Assembly: GCA_002050375.1 (NCBI GenBank)
Contig: MWYU01000741.1
Location: forward strand, 1-54,102
Direction: 5' to 3'
Length of the DNA stretch: 54,102 bases
DNA from: Chitinophagales bacterium 62-2
GTDB taxonomy: Bacteria; Bacteroidota; Bacteroidia; Chitinophagales; Chitinophagaceae
Under the pieces are notes generated by a model, which was not told the DNA's origin, ran no database searches, and saw only the letters and a list, made by a program, of their open reading frames with translations. Position numbers and translations under genes: made by a program. Positions 10,701-19,630 of this stretch are shown here, piece after piece (within the stretch, counting starts at the first letter, position 1; each line of letters begins with the position of its first letter).

Positions 10701-10828
10701 TTACCGGTACGTACTCTTCAATATTTGTTGCCGCTCCAATTTTGATGGATTTTGCTAAAGACAAACCATTAGGTGCCGCGGATACTAAAATAGAAAAGAA
10801 AATAGTAGGCAAACCGGCACATGCATAA
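7721..10828 (+). CDS. secDF: Protein translocase subunit SecDF (fused)
   Basis: LGLDLQGG, RIDKFGVAQP, VGPTLG, AVDTNVIIFERIKEE, GVEFSGG and GFSMNDTVIVFDRIRE motifs. Confidence 0.97.
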   Translation: MQLKGLVKIFAIALILICLYQLSFTFFVRSHENKMAQRAESWVKANYPKAEQKYSGNKELQALYTDTLNAAKKNRLQRLLDSTKNEKVVLGVGTYQYAKNQELMLGLDLQGGMNVTMEVGLDGLVKSLSGYSKDPLFNKALDQANRRKANSGADYITLFADEYKSVNPNGRLASLFAPGSGKRISYESSDAQVIDYIRGEAKGAIRNTFNILRTRIDKFGVAQPTINLDENKGNITIELAGVTDPERVRKYLQSTANLQFFEVYNIGEIYEGYQKAEKAIAASLNGTKVNDTTSVNADTAKQTASITARDTTKTATLSSLDTNKTATITNPADTKNQNPLSSIIQLIQPQQGKDGQMQFPAAIGYIQARDTGILNSYLQLESVKNIFPANLVFMVGKPESEDPKAAGILPVYAVKTVEGPTLAKLEGEHVSDARQDFDERGRVAIKMNMDKVGEKIWAKLTGDNVGKPIAIVMDNIVYSAPFVNGVIPNGSSEITGSFTLNEAQDLADILKSGKLPAPAKIVQEQVVGPTLGQDAIRGGTTAFIVAFLVIFALMLLYFNTAGWVANIALILNLLFTIGILAALGATLTAPGIAGLVLTVGLAVDTNVIIFERIKEELTRGKNYQLAVNDGYKRSYAPVLDAHVTVLMTAIILFYFGLGPVLGFATTQILGILLSLFCGILISRLISDWYTNKNRHFEYFTGISKKIFKHASLKFVEYRKIAYGISVVVLLLGIASFFNGFDEGVEFSGGRSYTVKFDRPVNNDEVRNALKAEYGEYPVVKTIGSNRQLNITTSYMIKETSRNVDSLVELKLFDGLSKFLPAGLSYKEFDTRYKQSSQTVLPTISDDLKKGATTATIVSILAICLYIFIRFRDWRYSLGTIVALLHDVFVTLAVFSFLKGIVPFPLEIDQHFIAAILTVIGFSMNDTVIVFDRIREDSRLMKNTDKGTIINKAINETLSRTIMTSLTVFLTILSLFIFGGEVTRGFAFAMLIGVITGTYSSIFVAAPILMDFAKDKPLGAADTKIEKKIVGKPAHA

Positions 10829-10847
10829 CCCTGGCTAATTATTTTAA

Positions 10848-10886
10848 AAAAGCCTGCATATTATTTTTGCGGGCTTTTCTTTTTTT
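10848..10886 (+). terminator. Rho-independent terminator after secDF
   Basis: AAAAGCCTGCA...TGCGGGCTTTT followed by a T tract. Confidence 0.8.
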
Positions 10887-11057
10887 ACAAAACTTGTTTA
10901 TCAAATTCCTGTAGCCCGGTAAATCAATACTAAAATATTGGGCTTGTTAATTTCTATTGAATTGAATATTATATTTTTTTACTTTAATTTTAGTGGTTGT
11001 CCGAAATTTATCATCACAGTTTTTGCTTCACCTGATAATCCTTAAACTAATCTCACT

Positions 11058-11483
11058 TTGAAAAATGGTTCTATAATTCTTGTGGAAGACGATACGGACG
11101 ACCAGGAGTTGTTAGTAAATGTTTTCGAAAGTCTTGGTGTACCGAATGAAATTCAGATTTTTGAAAATGGCCATGAAGCGCTTCTTTTCTTAAAGCAAAC
11201 TCCATCTCAGCCTTTCCTTATAATATGTGATGTAAACATGCCAATAATGAACGGGTTAGAACTAAGACGACAAATTAATTCAAATCAGCTTTTAAGAAGA
11301 AAGAGTATTCCTTTCATTTTTCTTTCAACGAGTGGAGAAGCGAACGCTGTAATCGAGGCTTATGAATTAGATGTGCAGGGATTTTTCGTGAAAGAACGAT
11401 ATTTTGAGGGCATCCAGTACCAGATTAAACAAATAGTGGAATACTGGAAACATTGCAAACACCCTAACTCAGAAAAACAGTAA
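11058..11483 (+). CDS. Single-domain response regulator (receiver only)
   Basis: LVEDD, ICDVNMP, STS and FFVK receiver motifs. TTG start. Confidence 0.9.
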   Translation: MKNGSIILVEDDTDDQELLVNVFESLGVPNEIQIFENGHEALLFLKQTPSQPFLIICDVNMPIMNGLELRRQINSNQLLRRKSIPFIFLSTSGEANAVIEAYELDVQGFFVKERYFEGIQYQIKQIVEYWKHCKHPNSEKQ

Positions 11484-11592
11484 TTCAAATCCTTGTTCAA
11501 AGAAGAAATTCAACTTACTTCAATAAAGTTAAAAAGAGAATCAGCCCAACCAAAACCTGCAGAAAATGTGTCCTTATTAAATCTGCCAAACC

Positions 11593-11600
11593 TATATTTG
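11593..11600 (+). promoter_or_regulatory. -7 promoter element (TATATTTG) upstream of the serine-hydrolase-fold gene
   Basis: Matches TAnnTTTG, ending 38 nt before the ATG. Confidence 0.5.
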
Positions 11601-11638
11601 GTATTTCTCTTAATTTCTAAATAAACAAAGAGCCAGGG

Positions 11639-12697
11639 ATGTTATCAAACCGTTATTCAAAATGCGTCAGCTTTTTTATTGCTGCAATTTTTCTTTTTAG
11701 CTTTCAACGGATAAGCGCGCAGGTTGATACAGCTTCCCTTTCAGCAAAGCTGAACCGGGCCAAAGATAAGCTTGGGAAGAACTCTGTATTCCTTATATAT
11801 AAAGATGGAAAGACGATTTATAAAAAAGAAAGTGGTGAGTTTAATGCAAAAACACAGCTTCCTATTGGGGCAAGCAGTCAGTGGCTTACTGCCGCATTAA
11901 TCATGACTTTTGTACAGGAAGGCAAACTTTCGCTGGATGATAAGGTGAGCAAATACCTTCCGATTTTTGAAAAGTATTATAAAGGATATGTTACTATACG
12001 TCATTGCATAACCCATTATACCGGTATCAAATCAGACGAGGGAGTTGCAAAGCTTTTTAGTAAAAGTAAATTTCATACCCTTGAGGACGAAGTGAACGAT
12101 TATGCTTCAAAAAAAGATATACAGACCAATGCCGGCACCGAGTTTAGATACACTAATATGGGTTTTAATATTGCAGGACGTGTACTTGAAGTTGTGGGTA
12201 AAAAAAATTTTGACCGCTTAATGAGAGACCGGATTTTGTTGCCCTCGGGTATGAGGAACACTACTTTCACTAATGAAGATTATGACGAAGCTATCAGTCC
12301 GTCTACCGGCGCACGTTCTACGGCAAACGATTTAATAAGCTTTATGGCAATGTTGCTTAATAAAGGAACTTTTAACAACAAACAAGTATTAACTGAAAGT
12401 TCTATAGCAATGCTGCATACACTGCAGGTGTCACCCAATCAAATGAAGTTTATTCTTCCAGCGTTACAAGGATTGGATTATGGCTTCGGTGAATGGATAT
12501 TAGAAGCCAATGCACAAGGTAAAGCTACAACGGTTGGTGTTCCGGGTTTGCAAGGCACCTGGCCTATGGTTGACCTTTGTAGGCGGTATGCTTCTGTCCT
12601 TATCACTAAAGAATCTGCAGGCGAGCAAAAGAGAAATTTTTACATGGACTTAAAAGGAAGTATTGATGATGGACTGCCAGCAGGTTCGTGTAATTAG
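11639..12697 (+). CDS. Beta-lactamase/serine-hydrolase-fold protein with a degenerate SxxK motif
   Basis: Signal peptide; EGKLSLDDKVSKYLP, TIRHCITHYTGI and EFRYTN motifs. The SxxK position reads A-S-S-Q. Confidence 0.85.
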   Translation: MLSNRYSKCVSFFIAAIFLFSFQRISAQVDTASLSAKLNRAKDKLGKNSVFLIYKDGKTIYKKESGEFNAKTQLPIGASSQWLTAALIMTFVQEGKLSLDDKVSKYLPIFEKYYKGYVTIRHCITHYTGIKSDEGVAKLFSKSKFHTLEDEVNDYASKKDIQTNAGTEFRYTNMGFNIAGRVLEVVGKKNFDRLMRDRILLPSGMRNTTFTNEDYDEAISPSTGARSTANDLISFMAMLLNKGTFNNKQVLTESSIAMLHTLQVSPNQMKFILPALQGLDYGFGEWILEANAQGKATTVGVPGLQGTWPMVDLCRRYASVLITKESAGEQKRNFYMDLKGSIDDGLPAGSCN

Positions 12698-12854
12698 ATA
12701 AGTTATTATGTTGATTAGATAGGTAGTTATTTAGTCACTCAGTTGGTAAGCGTTAAATCATTTGGTCTTTTGATAATGACTTTTTAATTGATCGTAACTG
12801 CTTAAATAGTGAAAGTTGATTAGTATCTAAACTAACTGGACTATTAAGTACACT

Positions 12855-12894
12855 TGATAACCTATTGCCCCAATCACTTATTGACCCAATGACT
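12855..12894 (+). repeat. Degenerate octamer tandem repeat (YAWTGACY-like)
   Basis: TGATAACC TATTGCCC CAATCACT TATTGACC CAATGACT; the last unit contains the ATG at 12889. Confidence 0.55.
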
Positions 12895-13305
12895 TCCCAC
12901 CCGGAAATACAATCCCCTGTTGTTTTGTTTGATGGTGTTTGCAACTTATGCAATGCAGCAGTTAAATTTATTATTAAGAGAGATAAAAATGATTTATTCA
13001 GGTTCGCATCGCTTCAATCAACTGTTGGCCAGGAGGTGATGAAGAAGTATGGTCTTTCTACCGAATCATTTAATTCATTTGTCTTGGTTGAAAAAGGCAA
13101 GGTATATACTAAATCTGCGGGAGCTTTAATGGTAGCAAAACAATTATCAGGTGGATGGCCTTTATTAAGTGCTTTTATGATTGTTCCCCGTTTTATACGC
13201 GATGCTGTTTATAACTTTATAGCAAATAACCGGTATAAATGGTTCGGCAAAAAAGATGAATGTTGGGTTCCAACACATGCGTTGCAATCCAAATTCATTG
13301 ATTAA
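12889..13305 (+). CDS. DCC1-like thiol-disulfide oxidoreductase (DUF393); ATG 12889 preferred over TTG 12865
   Basis: LFDGVCNLC, FASLQS and RDAVYNFIANNRYKWFGK motifs. Confidence 0.9.
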   Translation: MTSHPEIQSPVVLFDGVCNLCNAAVKFIIKRDKNDLFRFASLQSTVGQEVMKKYGLSTESFNSFVLVEKGKVYTKSAGALMVAKQLSGGWPLLSAFMIVPRFIRDAVYNFIANNRYKWFGKKDECWVPTHALQSKFID

Positions 13306-13366
13306 TAAAAATAGATTTAATCTCCTTGTCAAATTTCAAGATACTTCCCGGCCGACCATCAAATTC

Positions 13367-13403
13367 TCTCTCTCCTTTGCAAGGAGAGGGTAAGGGTGAG
13401 GGG
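13367..13403 (+). repeat. REP-like hairpin, family A
   Basis: CTCTCCTT-TGC-AAGGAGAG followed by GGTAAGGGTGAGG; related copies at 13551 and 51127. Confidence 0.75.
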
Positions 13404-13550
13404 CCTGTTGGTTCACTGCAGCCTTTTTATGTCTTTTTTGAAGATAGCAGTCTAAAGAGCTACATATATTTTGGTTTAAAGTGCCTTTGGAACACCAACG
13501 AGAGTTTGTTTACTTAAATTTTCCACCTTAAACTATCCGTTGCTTCGCTG

Positions 13551-13584
13551 TTCTTCTCCTTACAAGGAGAGGAACAAGGTTAGG
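13551..13584 (+). repeat. REP-like hairpin, family A (degenerate)
   Basis: TCTCCTT-AC-AAGGAGA followed by GGAACAAGGTTAGG, abutting the E1 stop codon. Confidence 0.65.
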
Positions 13585-15975
13585 TTACTCCGCCATCATC
13601 TGCTGCACTGCTACAATAATATCTTCGGCATTAGGCTTGCTAAAATAATCGCCATCACTTCCATAGGACGGGCGATGGGCTTTGGCTGTTAATGTTCGTG
13701 CAGCAACATCAAGATAACGATAGCCATTCTGTTCTTCAATAACCTTATTAAACATATAAGCTGCTGCTCCGCCTGGTACATCTTCATCAATAAAAATAAT
13801 CCGGTTTGTCTTCTCCAACGACTTAACAATGGAATGATTAATATCAAACGGCAACAAGGTTTGCACGTCAATAATTTCGCAGCTAATTTCAATTTTTTCT
13901 AATATAGAAACTGCTTCCTGTATAACTCGTAAAGTTGAGCCGTAGGAAACAATCGTTACGTCATCTCCCTGTCTTATTATTTCCGGAACGCCTAAAGGAA
14001 CACTAAACTCTAATAAGTTAGCGGGCAACTTTTCTTTTAGCCTGTAACCATTAAGGCACTCAACCATTATTGCCGGGTCGTTACCTTTTAATAAAGTATT
14101 ATACATTCCTGCTGCCTGAACCATATTTCTTGGTACACATACATGAATACCTCTTAATGAATTTAAAATCATCCCCATGGGCGAACCGCTGTGCCATATA
14201 CCTTCTAACCTATGGCCGCGTGTACGAATAATTACAGGGCAACTTTGTTGTCCTTTCGTTCTAAAATGCGTGGTAGCTACGTCGTCGCTTAGCGGTTGTA
14301 AAGCGTATAGAAGATAATCGATATATTGAATTTCGGTAATGGGGCGAAGTCCCCGCAAGGCCATTCCAATACCTTGTCCAACTATCGTTAATTCTCTTAT
14401 CCCGGTATCAAAAACACGATTTGCTCCATGCTTTTCCTGCAAGCCCGAAAAGCCCTGGTTAACATCACCAATAAGGCCAACATCTTCGCCGAAAGCAAAA
14501 ACCTTTGGGTTTGATGCAAGCAACCTGTCAAAATATCTGTTTAATATTTCGTACCCGTTTAGCAGGGGTGCATTACTACTATAGGAAACTTTTACTTCAG
14601 GAATTTTGAAAATAGATTTCGGTCCTTCATGGTGTAAATTTGAATTATACAAATCCTCATTCTCTTTTTTCAATTCTTCATAATGATCCTTAACCCGCCT
14701 GTCAAAGGGAGCCAGGCGAACACTTGCCGCCAATGCTTTCATAACGTCGCGACGTAAAGGCTCACGACAATTTTGAAGATTAGTGGTAAGATGCTGCAGT
14801 TCATTATAGCTATCTACATCTTTTACCTCTATAGCATTCATCAGCTCCACAGCTTTAGATACCTGCTTTTTTATTGGAGCTAAAAGTTTTTTCCAGGCTT
14901 TATTTTTACTTTCTTTTACGTGTGCTTTTGCATGATTTTCAATTTCGGTTAATTCTTCTTCCGATGCAAGTCCGTTAGCTGTTATCCACTCCCTGAATTT
15001 TTTAATGCAATCCCATTCTCTCTCCCACTCCAGTCTTTCCCGTGTTTTATAACGTTCATGACTTCCGCTGGTCGAGTGGCCTTGTGGTTGTGTTATTTCT
15101 TCAACGTGAAAAATGGCCGGCGTATGTGTTTCCCGCATTTCATCCAAAGCTTCTTCAAATACCTCGCACATACCCGCATAATCCCATCCCTTTACTTTAT
15201 ATATATTCAAGCCATTTGTTCCGGCAGTTTTTTGAAAACCTGAAAGCGCTTCAGAAATTGAACCCTTGGTAGTCTGATATTTCTTAGGAACAGAAATTCC
15301 GTAACCATCATCCCATATAAAAATGGCTAAGGGAACCTGCAATACGCTTGCTGCATTAACAGCTTCCCAAAAATGTCCCTCACTTGTGCTGGCATCGCCT
15401 ATGGTACAAAAGCAAATCTCATTTCCATTACTGCTTAATAACTGAAAATCATTTTCTGCAGGCAGGCTTCTGAAGACTTTTGAAGCGAAAGCCAAACCTA
15501 ATGCGCGGGGCATTTGCCCTGCGGTGGGGGCAATATCGCTGGAAACATTTTTTAGATTAGCCAGGTTAAGCCAGTTACCCTCATCATCAACAAACTTAGT
15601 AGCGAAGTGGGCATTCATCTGCCTGCCTGCACTAAAGGGGTCGTGCGTAACATCAGGATCGGCATATAATTGGGCAAAGAATTGTTCAACATTAGCAAGG
15701 CCGCTCGACAACATAAAAGTTTGATCCCTGTAATAACCGGCACGAAAATCTCCAGGTTTAAAAAACTTAGCCATGGCTATCTGGGCAAGCTCCTTTCCGT
15801 CTCCAAAAATGCCAAACTTAGCTTTACCCGTCAGCACTTCGCGCCTTCCCGTTAAACTTGCTTCTCGGCTTTCCATTGCAATCCGGTAGTCCTGTAAAAC
15901 TTCCTCCCTGAACCTATCGAAAGAAATTACGTCTTCAGCAGCTTCAGTATTTATTGGCGACGTTTGCATAAGCAA
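13585..15975 (-). CDS. 2-oxoacid dehydrogenase E1, fused alpha/beta (branched-chain type)
   Basis: TPP motif GDASTSEG, GHSTSGS, FGEDVG, DTGIRELTI, EIQYIDY and a transketolase C-terminal domain. Confidence 0.93.
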   Translation of the reverse strand: MLMQTSPINTEAAEDVISFDRFREEVLQDYRIAMESREASLTGRREVLTGKAKFGIFGDGKELAQIAMAKFFKPGDFRAGYYRDQTFMLSSGLANVEQFFAQLYADPDVTHDPFSAGRQMNAHFATKFVDDEGNWLNLANLKNVSSDIAPTAGQMPRALGLAFASKVFRSLPAENDFQLLSSNGNEICFCTIGDASTSEGHFWEAVNAASVLQVPLAIFIWDDGYGISVPKKYQTTKGSISEALSGFQKTAGTNGLNIYKVKGWDYAGMCEVFEEALDEMRETHTPAIFHVEEITQPQGHSTSGSHERYKTRERLEWEREWDCIKKFREWITANGLASEEELTEIENHAKAHVKESKNKAWKKLLAPIKKQVSKAVELMNAIEVKDVDSYNELQHLTTNLQNCREPLRRDVMKALAASVRLAPFDRRVKDHYEELKKENEDLYNSNLHHEGPKSIFKIPEVKVSYSSNAPLLNGYEILNRYFDRLLASNPKVFAFGEDVGLIGDVNQGFSGLQEKHGANRVFDTGIRELTIVGQGIGMALRGLRPITEIQYIDYLLYALQPLSDDVATTHFRTKGQQSCPVIIRTRGHRLEGIWHSGSPMGMILNSLRGIHVCVPRNMVQAAGMYNTLLKGNDPAIMVECLNGYRLKEKLPANLLEFSVPLGVPEIIRQGDDVTIVSYGSTLRVIQEAVSILEKIEISCEIIDVQTLLPFDINHSIVKSLEKTNRIIFIDEDVPGGAAAYMFNKVIEEQNGYRYLDVAARTLTAKAHRPSYGSDGDYFSKPNAEDIIVAVQQMMAE

Positions 15976-16212
15976 AAATAAACTTTAAGGTCAACAACCT
16001 ATAGTTGTTACAAAAAATTGTTACTAAATAAACTATCTTACTGTTCATAGGTCAAACCCCGGCTCTCCTACTGAAACAACAATTTTTTATGGTGAAAGCA
16101 GCGGCATTATTTTAAACTTTATTAATAAAAACTTAAATTAAAATACCATTTTAGTTAGGCATATAACTTCTTAACAAAAACAATAACTTTACAGCTTTAA
16201 GATTAGTTTTTA

Positions 16213-16695
16213 ATGAAAAGAATCACCTTACTTTTTACCAGCCTGTTTATTGCAACTATAATAAATGCACAAGCTCCCGTAACTACTGCCCAGGCTCCCA
16301 CTAATATAGTAACTCCTGCTGCCGATGTTAGCAAGGCGCTTTCTTTCAAGGAGGAAAATCACGACTTTGGTAAAATACCTTATGGTAAGCCTGTTGAATT
16401 TGAAGTAGAGATTAAAAATATTAGCAGTGACTCCGTAAAGATAGAGAACGTAAAAGTTAGTTGTGGTTGTACAACTCCAAAATATCAGGCAGGTCCCTAC
16501 GCTCCGGGAGAAGCCTTTAAAATAACTTTGGGATTTAGCGGTTATGCAGATGGTCCCTTCGATAAATATGTGGATATATTTTTTAACAATGGAATGACAA
16601 AGCAAATAAAGTTTCATGGAGTAGGTTATAAAGTTGCTGAAACAACTCCTTCGGCAAATACAGGAATACAAAAATTAAAAAACGGAAGTAAGTAA
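16213..16695 (+). CDS. DUF1573 domain secreted protein (paralog 1)
   Basis: Signal peptide; HDFGKI and VSCGCT motifs. Confidence 0.88.
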   Translation: MKRITLLFTSLFIATIINAQAPVTTAQAPTNIVTPAADVSKALSFKEENHDFGKIPYGKPVEFEVEIKNISSDSVKIENVKVSCGCTTPKYQAGPYAPGEAFKITLGFSGYADGPFDKYVDIFFNNGMTKQIKFHGVGYKVAETTPSANTGIQKLKNGSK

Positions 16696-16761
16696 ATTGA
16701 AGTAAATAAATTATTATTAAAAATCTCAGCATTTCAAAAACTTTTAAAACAAAAACACACA

Positions 16762-17250
16762 ATGAAAAAAGTCCTTTATCTATTTGTTGCCATATTAGCT
16801 GCAACTGCTTCATTTGCGCAAACTAAAGCTCCTCTTGAATTTCAAGAATCAAAATTTAGTTTCGGTAAGGTTAAACAAGGCGTACCCGTTACCCATATCT
16901 TTACTTTCACAAATACAAGTGATAAACCTGTAGTTATTGAAAGTGCAAGTTCCACATGTGGTTGTACCATTCCCGACTATCCTAAAGGTGCAATCGCTAA
17001 AGGCGCAACAGGAACAATAAAAGTTACCTATAATGCCGCCGCTACAGGTAGTTTTACAAAACCGGTAACCGTAAAACTTGCAAACGTAGCAGACCCCATT
17101 ATGTTAAATATTGAAGGTGAAGTAGCAAGCACAGGTACAACTGGCGCTGCAACAGCAAGTACAAAAGCACCCATAACTACAGCGACTCCTAAAACAAAGG
17201 CTGCAGTTACAAAAACCACAACAACTAAAACTGCTACAGTTAAACAATAA
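16762..17250 (+). CDS. DUF1573 domain secreted protein (paralog 2) with a Thr/Ala/Lys-rich tail
   Basis: Signal peptide; FSFGKV, FTFTN and TCGCT motifs. Confidence 0.88.
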   Translation: MKKVLYLFVAILAATASFAQTKAPLEFQESKFSFGKVKQGVPVTHIFTFTNTSDKPVVIESASSTCGCTIPDYPKGAIAKGATGTIKVTYNAAATGSFTKPVTVKLANVADPIMLNIEGEVASTGTTGAATASTKAPITTATPKTKAAVTKTTTTKTATVKQ

Positions 17251-17268
17251 AAAGAAACAAAATAATTT

Positions 17269-17295
17269 AGAGCCGCCTTTTTCAGGCGGCTTTTT
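17269..17295 (+). terminator. Rho-independent terminator
   Basis: AGCCGCCT-5 nt-AGGCGGCT followed by TTTT. Confidence 0.85.
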
Positions 17296-17297
17296 AA

Positions 17298-17326
17298 TTT
17301 GTTATATTTTGGGGCTTATATCTTTG
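17298..17326 (+). promoter_or_regulatory. Bacteroidota promoter (-33 TTTG, -7 TATCTTTG), probably leaderless transcript
   Basis: TTTG at 17298-17301, 17-nt spacer, TATCTTTG at 17319-17326, ATG 4 nt later. Confidence 0.65.
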
Positions 17327-17330
17327 TGCA

Positions 17331-18527
17331 ATGTTAACTATCAGTAATCGCGGTAAGATAATGCCCGCTTCGCCTATTCGTAAATTAGTGCCATATGCAG
17401 AAGCAGCAAAGAAAAAAGGAATACACGTTTATCACCTAAACATCGGACAACCTGATATCGAAACCCCGAAAATGGTTTTGGACGCCGTAAGAAACAGCAA
17501 TTTTACCATTCTCGAATATAGCCATAGCGCCGGCAATGAAAGCTACCGCAAGAAGCTTGTAAAATATTATCAGTCTGTAGGTATAAACATTCACTATAAT
17601 CAAATTATTATTACCACCGGCGGAAGCGAAGCAATCTTATTTGGCTTTATGACCTGCCTTGATGCAGGTGATGAGGTAATTATCCCCGAACCTTTTTACG
17701 CAAATTATAATGGCTTTGCAGTCGAAGCAGGCGTAAAGGTTGTTCCTATTACTTCGCATATAGAAAATGGATTTGCTCTACCTCCTATCCAGGATTTTGA
17801 AAAGGTAATAACCCCGAGAACAAAAGCAATTGTAATCTGCAATCCAAATAATCCTACCGGCTATTCTTACAGCGAAGCAGAAATGCAGCAGATAAAGGAA
17901 CTAATACTTAAACACAACCTGTATCTTTTTTCCGACGAGGCCTACCGCGAATTTACTTACGAAGAAAAACAGTTTAGTGCCGGACATCTTGAAGGAGTAG
18001 ATGACAACGTAGTAATAATGGATACCATAAGTAAAAGGTATAGTGCATGCGGCGGAAGAATAGGTGCATTTGTAACTAAAAACAAAGCCCTTTTAGATGC
18101 TACTATGAAGTTCGCCCAGGCAAGATTAAGTCCACCAGGATTTGCACAAATTGCAGGTGAAGCAGCGGTAGATCTTCCCGCGGATTATTTTGATACTACA
18201 AAAGCTGAATATAAAAGTCGCCGCGATTTAATTGTTTCAAGATTAAATGCAATGAAAGGAGTTTTTTGTCCAAACCCCGGAGGCGCTTTTTATGCAATGG
18301 CTAAATTACCTATTGATGACAGCGATACTTTTTGCCAATGGCTGCTCGAAAGTTTTGAATATGGCGGGGCTACCGTTATGCTTGCTCCTGCAACCGGTTT
18401 CTATGGAACTCCCGGCTTGGGCAAACAGGAAGTGCGATTAGCTTATGTGCTTAACCTTTCTGCAATTGATGCAGCGATGGATTGTTTACAAAACGCTTTA
18501 AAACAATACCCGGGACGTACGATTTAA
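17331..18527 (+). CDS. PLP-dependent aminotransferase class I/II (aspartate aminotransferase-like)
   Basis: LNIGQPD, NPNNPTG, SDEAY and SKRYSACGGRIG motifs. Confidence 0.93.
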   Translation: MLTISNRGKIMPASPIRKLVPYAEAAKKKGIHVYHLNIGQPDIETPKMVLDAVRNSNFTILEYSHSAGNESYRKKLVKYYQSVGINIHYNQIIITTGGSEAILFGFMTCLDAGDEVIIPEPFYANYNGFAVEAGVKVVPITSHIENGFALPPIQDFEKVITPRTKAIVICNPNNPTGYSYSEAEMQQIKELILKHNLYLFSDEAYREFTYEEKQFSAGHLEGVDDNVVIMDTISKRYSACGGRIGAFVTKNKALLDATMKFAQARLSPPGFAQIAGEAAVDLPADYFDTTKAEYKSRRDLIVSRLNAMKGVFCPNPGGAFYAMAKLPIDDSDTFCQWLLESFEYGGATVMLAPATGFYGTPGLGKQEVRLAYVLNLSAIDAAMDCLQNALKQYPGRTI

Positions 18528-18532
18528 TAACG

Positions 18533-19630
18533 ATGAAAATTGCCCAAATCATACAGGTACTTGATGAACTGGCACCCTCCTCCTACCAGGAGAGTTACGA
18601 TAATGCCGGCCTGATTACAGGTAATGCCGCATCAGATTGTACCGGTGCTATTTGTACTCTCGATGCAACAGAGGAGGTAATTCTCGAAGCAAAAGGCAGG
18701 GGCTGCAACCTCGTTGTCGCTCACCATCCCATCATCTTTAGCGGACTTAGAAAAATTACCGGCAAAAACTATGTTGAAAGAGCTGTTATTGCGGCAATAA
18801 AAAATGATATAGCTCTTTATGCTATCCACACAAATCTTGACAATTTATTGAAGGGTGTTAACGGAAGAATGGCAGATATACTTGAGTTAAGCAACCGGAA
18901 AGTCCTGCTCCATAAACAAAATAATTTGATGAAGCTTTACACCTTTGTACCCCGGGAAGATGCTGAAAAGGTTAGGGAAGCTATTTTTGAAGCAGGCGGC
19001 GGACATATTGGTAACTACAGCGAGTGCAGCTTTAATATAAAAGGAACCGGTACTTTTAAACCCGGTAAAGGAACTAATCCTCACAAAGGAGAGGTGGGTA
19101 AAAGAGAAGAAGCTGATGAAGAAAAGATCGAGGTCATTTTTCCCTCTTATTTGAAGGAAAAGCTGGTGACGGCCATGACTGAAGCTCATCCTTATGAGGA
19201 GGTAGCCTACGACCTGATAGAATTAGCCAATTATTTTCAGGAAGTGGGAAGCGGGCTGATTGGAGAACTGAAGGAGGAAATGGATGAAGTAGATTTTTTA
19301 CAATTACTAAAATCTGCATTTCAACCTAAGGTAATTCGTCATACTCAGCTTACCGGAAGAAAAGTTAAAAAAGTAGCGCTTTGCGGCGGAGCAGGAAGTT
19401 TTCTAATCAAAAATGCTTTATCGGCCGGTGCTGATTTTTACATTACCTCAGACGTTAAATACCATGAATTCTTCGACGCAGAAGACAAAATCGTTATTGC
19501 TGATATCGGTCACTTCGAAAGCGAGCAATTCACTATCGACCTTTTGTATGATGTTTTAAAACTAAATTTTCCTACCTTCGCCGTCCTTAAAAGTGAAGTA
19601 AAGACTAACCCGGTCAATTACTTCATATAA
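18533..19630 (+). CDS. Nif3-like dinuclear metal center protein (YbgI/YqfO); ATG 18533 preferred
   Basis: YDNAGL, AHHPIIF, HTNLD, HPYEEVAYD, GAGS and GHFESE motifs. Confidence 0.93.
   Translation: MKIAQIIQVLDELAPSSYQESYDNAGLITGNAASDCTGAICTLDATEEVILEAKGRGCNLVVAHHPIIFSGLRKITGKNYVERAVIAAIKNDIALYAIHTNLDNLLKGVNGRMADILELSNRKVLLHKQNNLMKLYTFVPREDAEKVREAIFEAGGGHIGNYSECSFNIKGTGTFKPGKGTNPHKGEVGKREEADEEKIEVIFPSYLKEKLVTAMTEAHPYEEVAYDLIELANYFQEVGSGLIGELKEEMDEVDFLQLLKSAFQPKVIRHTQLTGRKVKKVALCGGAGSFLIKNALSAGADFYITSDVKYHEFFDAEDKIVIADIGHFESEQFTIDLLYDVLKLNFPTFAVLKSEVKTNPVNYFI

Noticed and set aside
8854-10812. Long antisense ORFs inside secDF (227, 74 and 194 aa)
   Set aside because: Shadow frames opposite a conserved gene, with no protein-family features. 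The same applies to most 60-150 aa antisense ORFs in the track.
13326-13517. 63-aa ORF (…SLSPLQGEGKGEG…)
   Set aside because: Its distinctive segment is just the translation of the REP-like hairpin.
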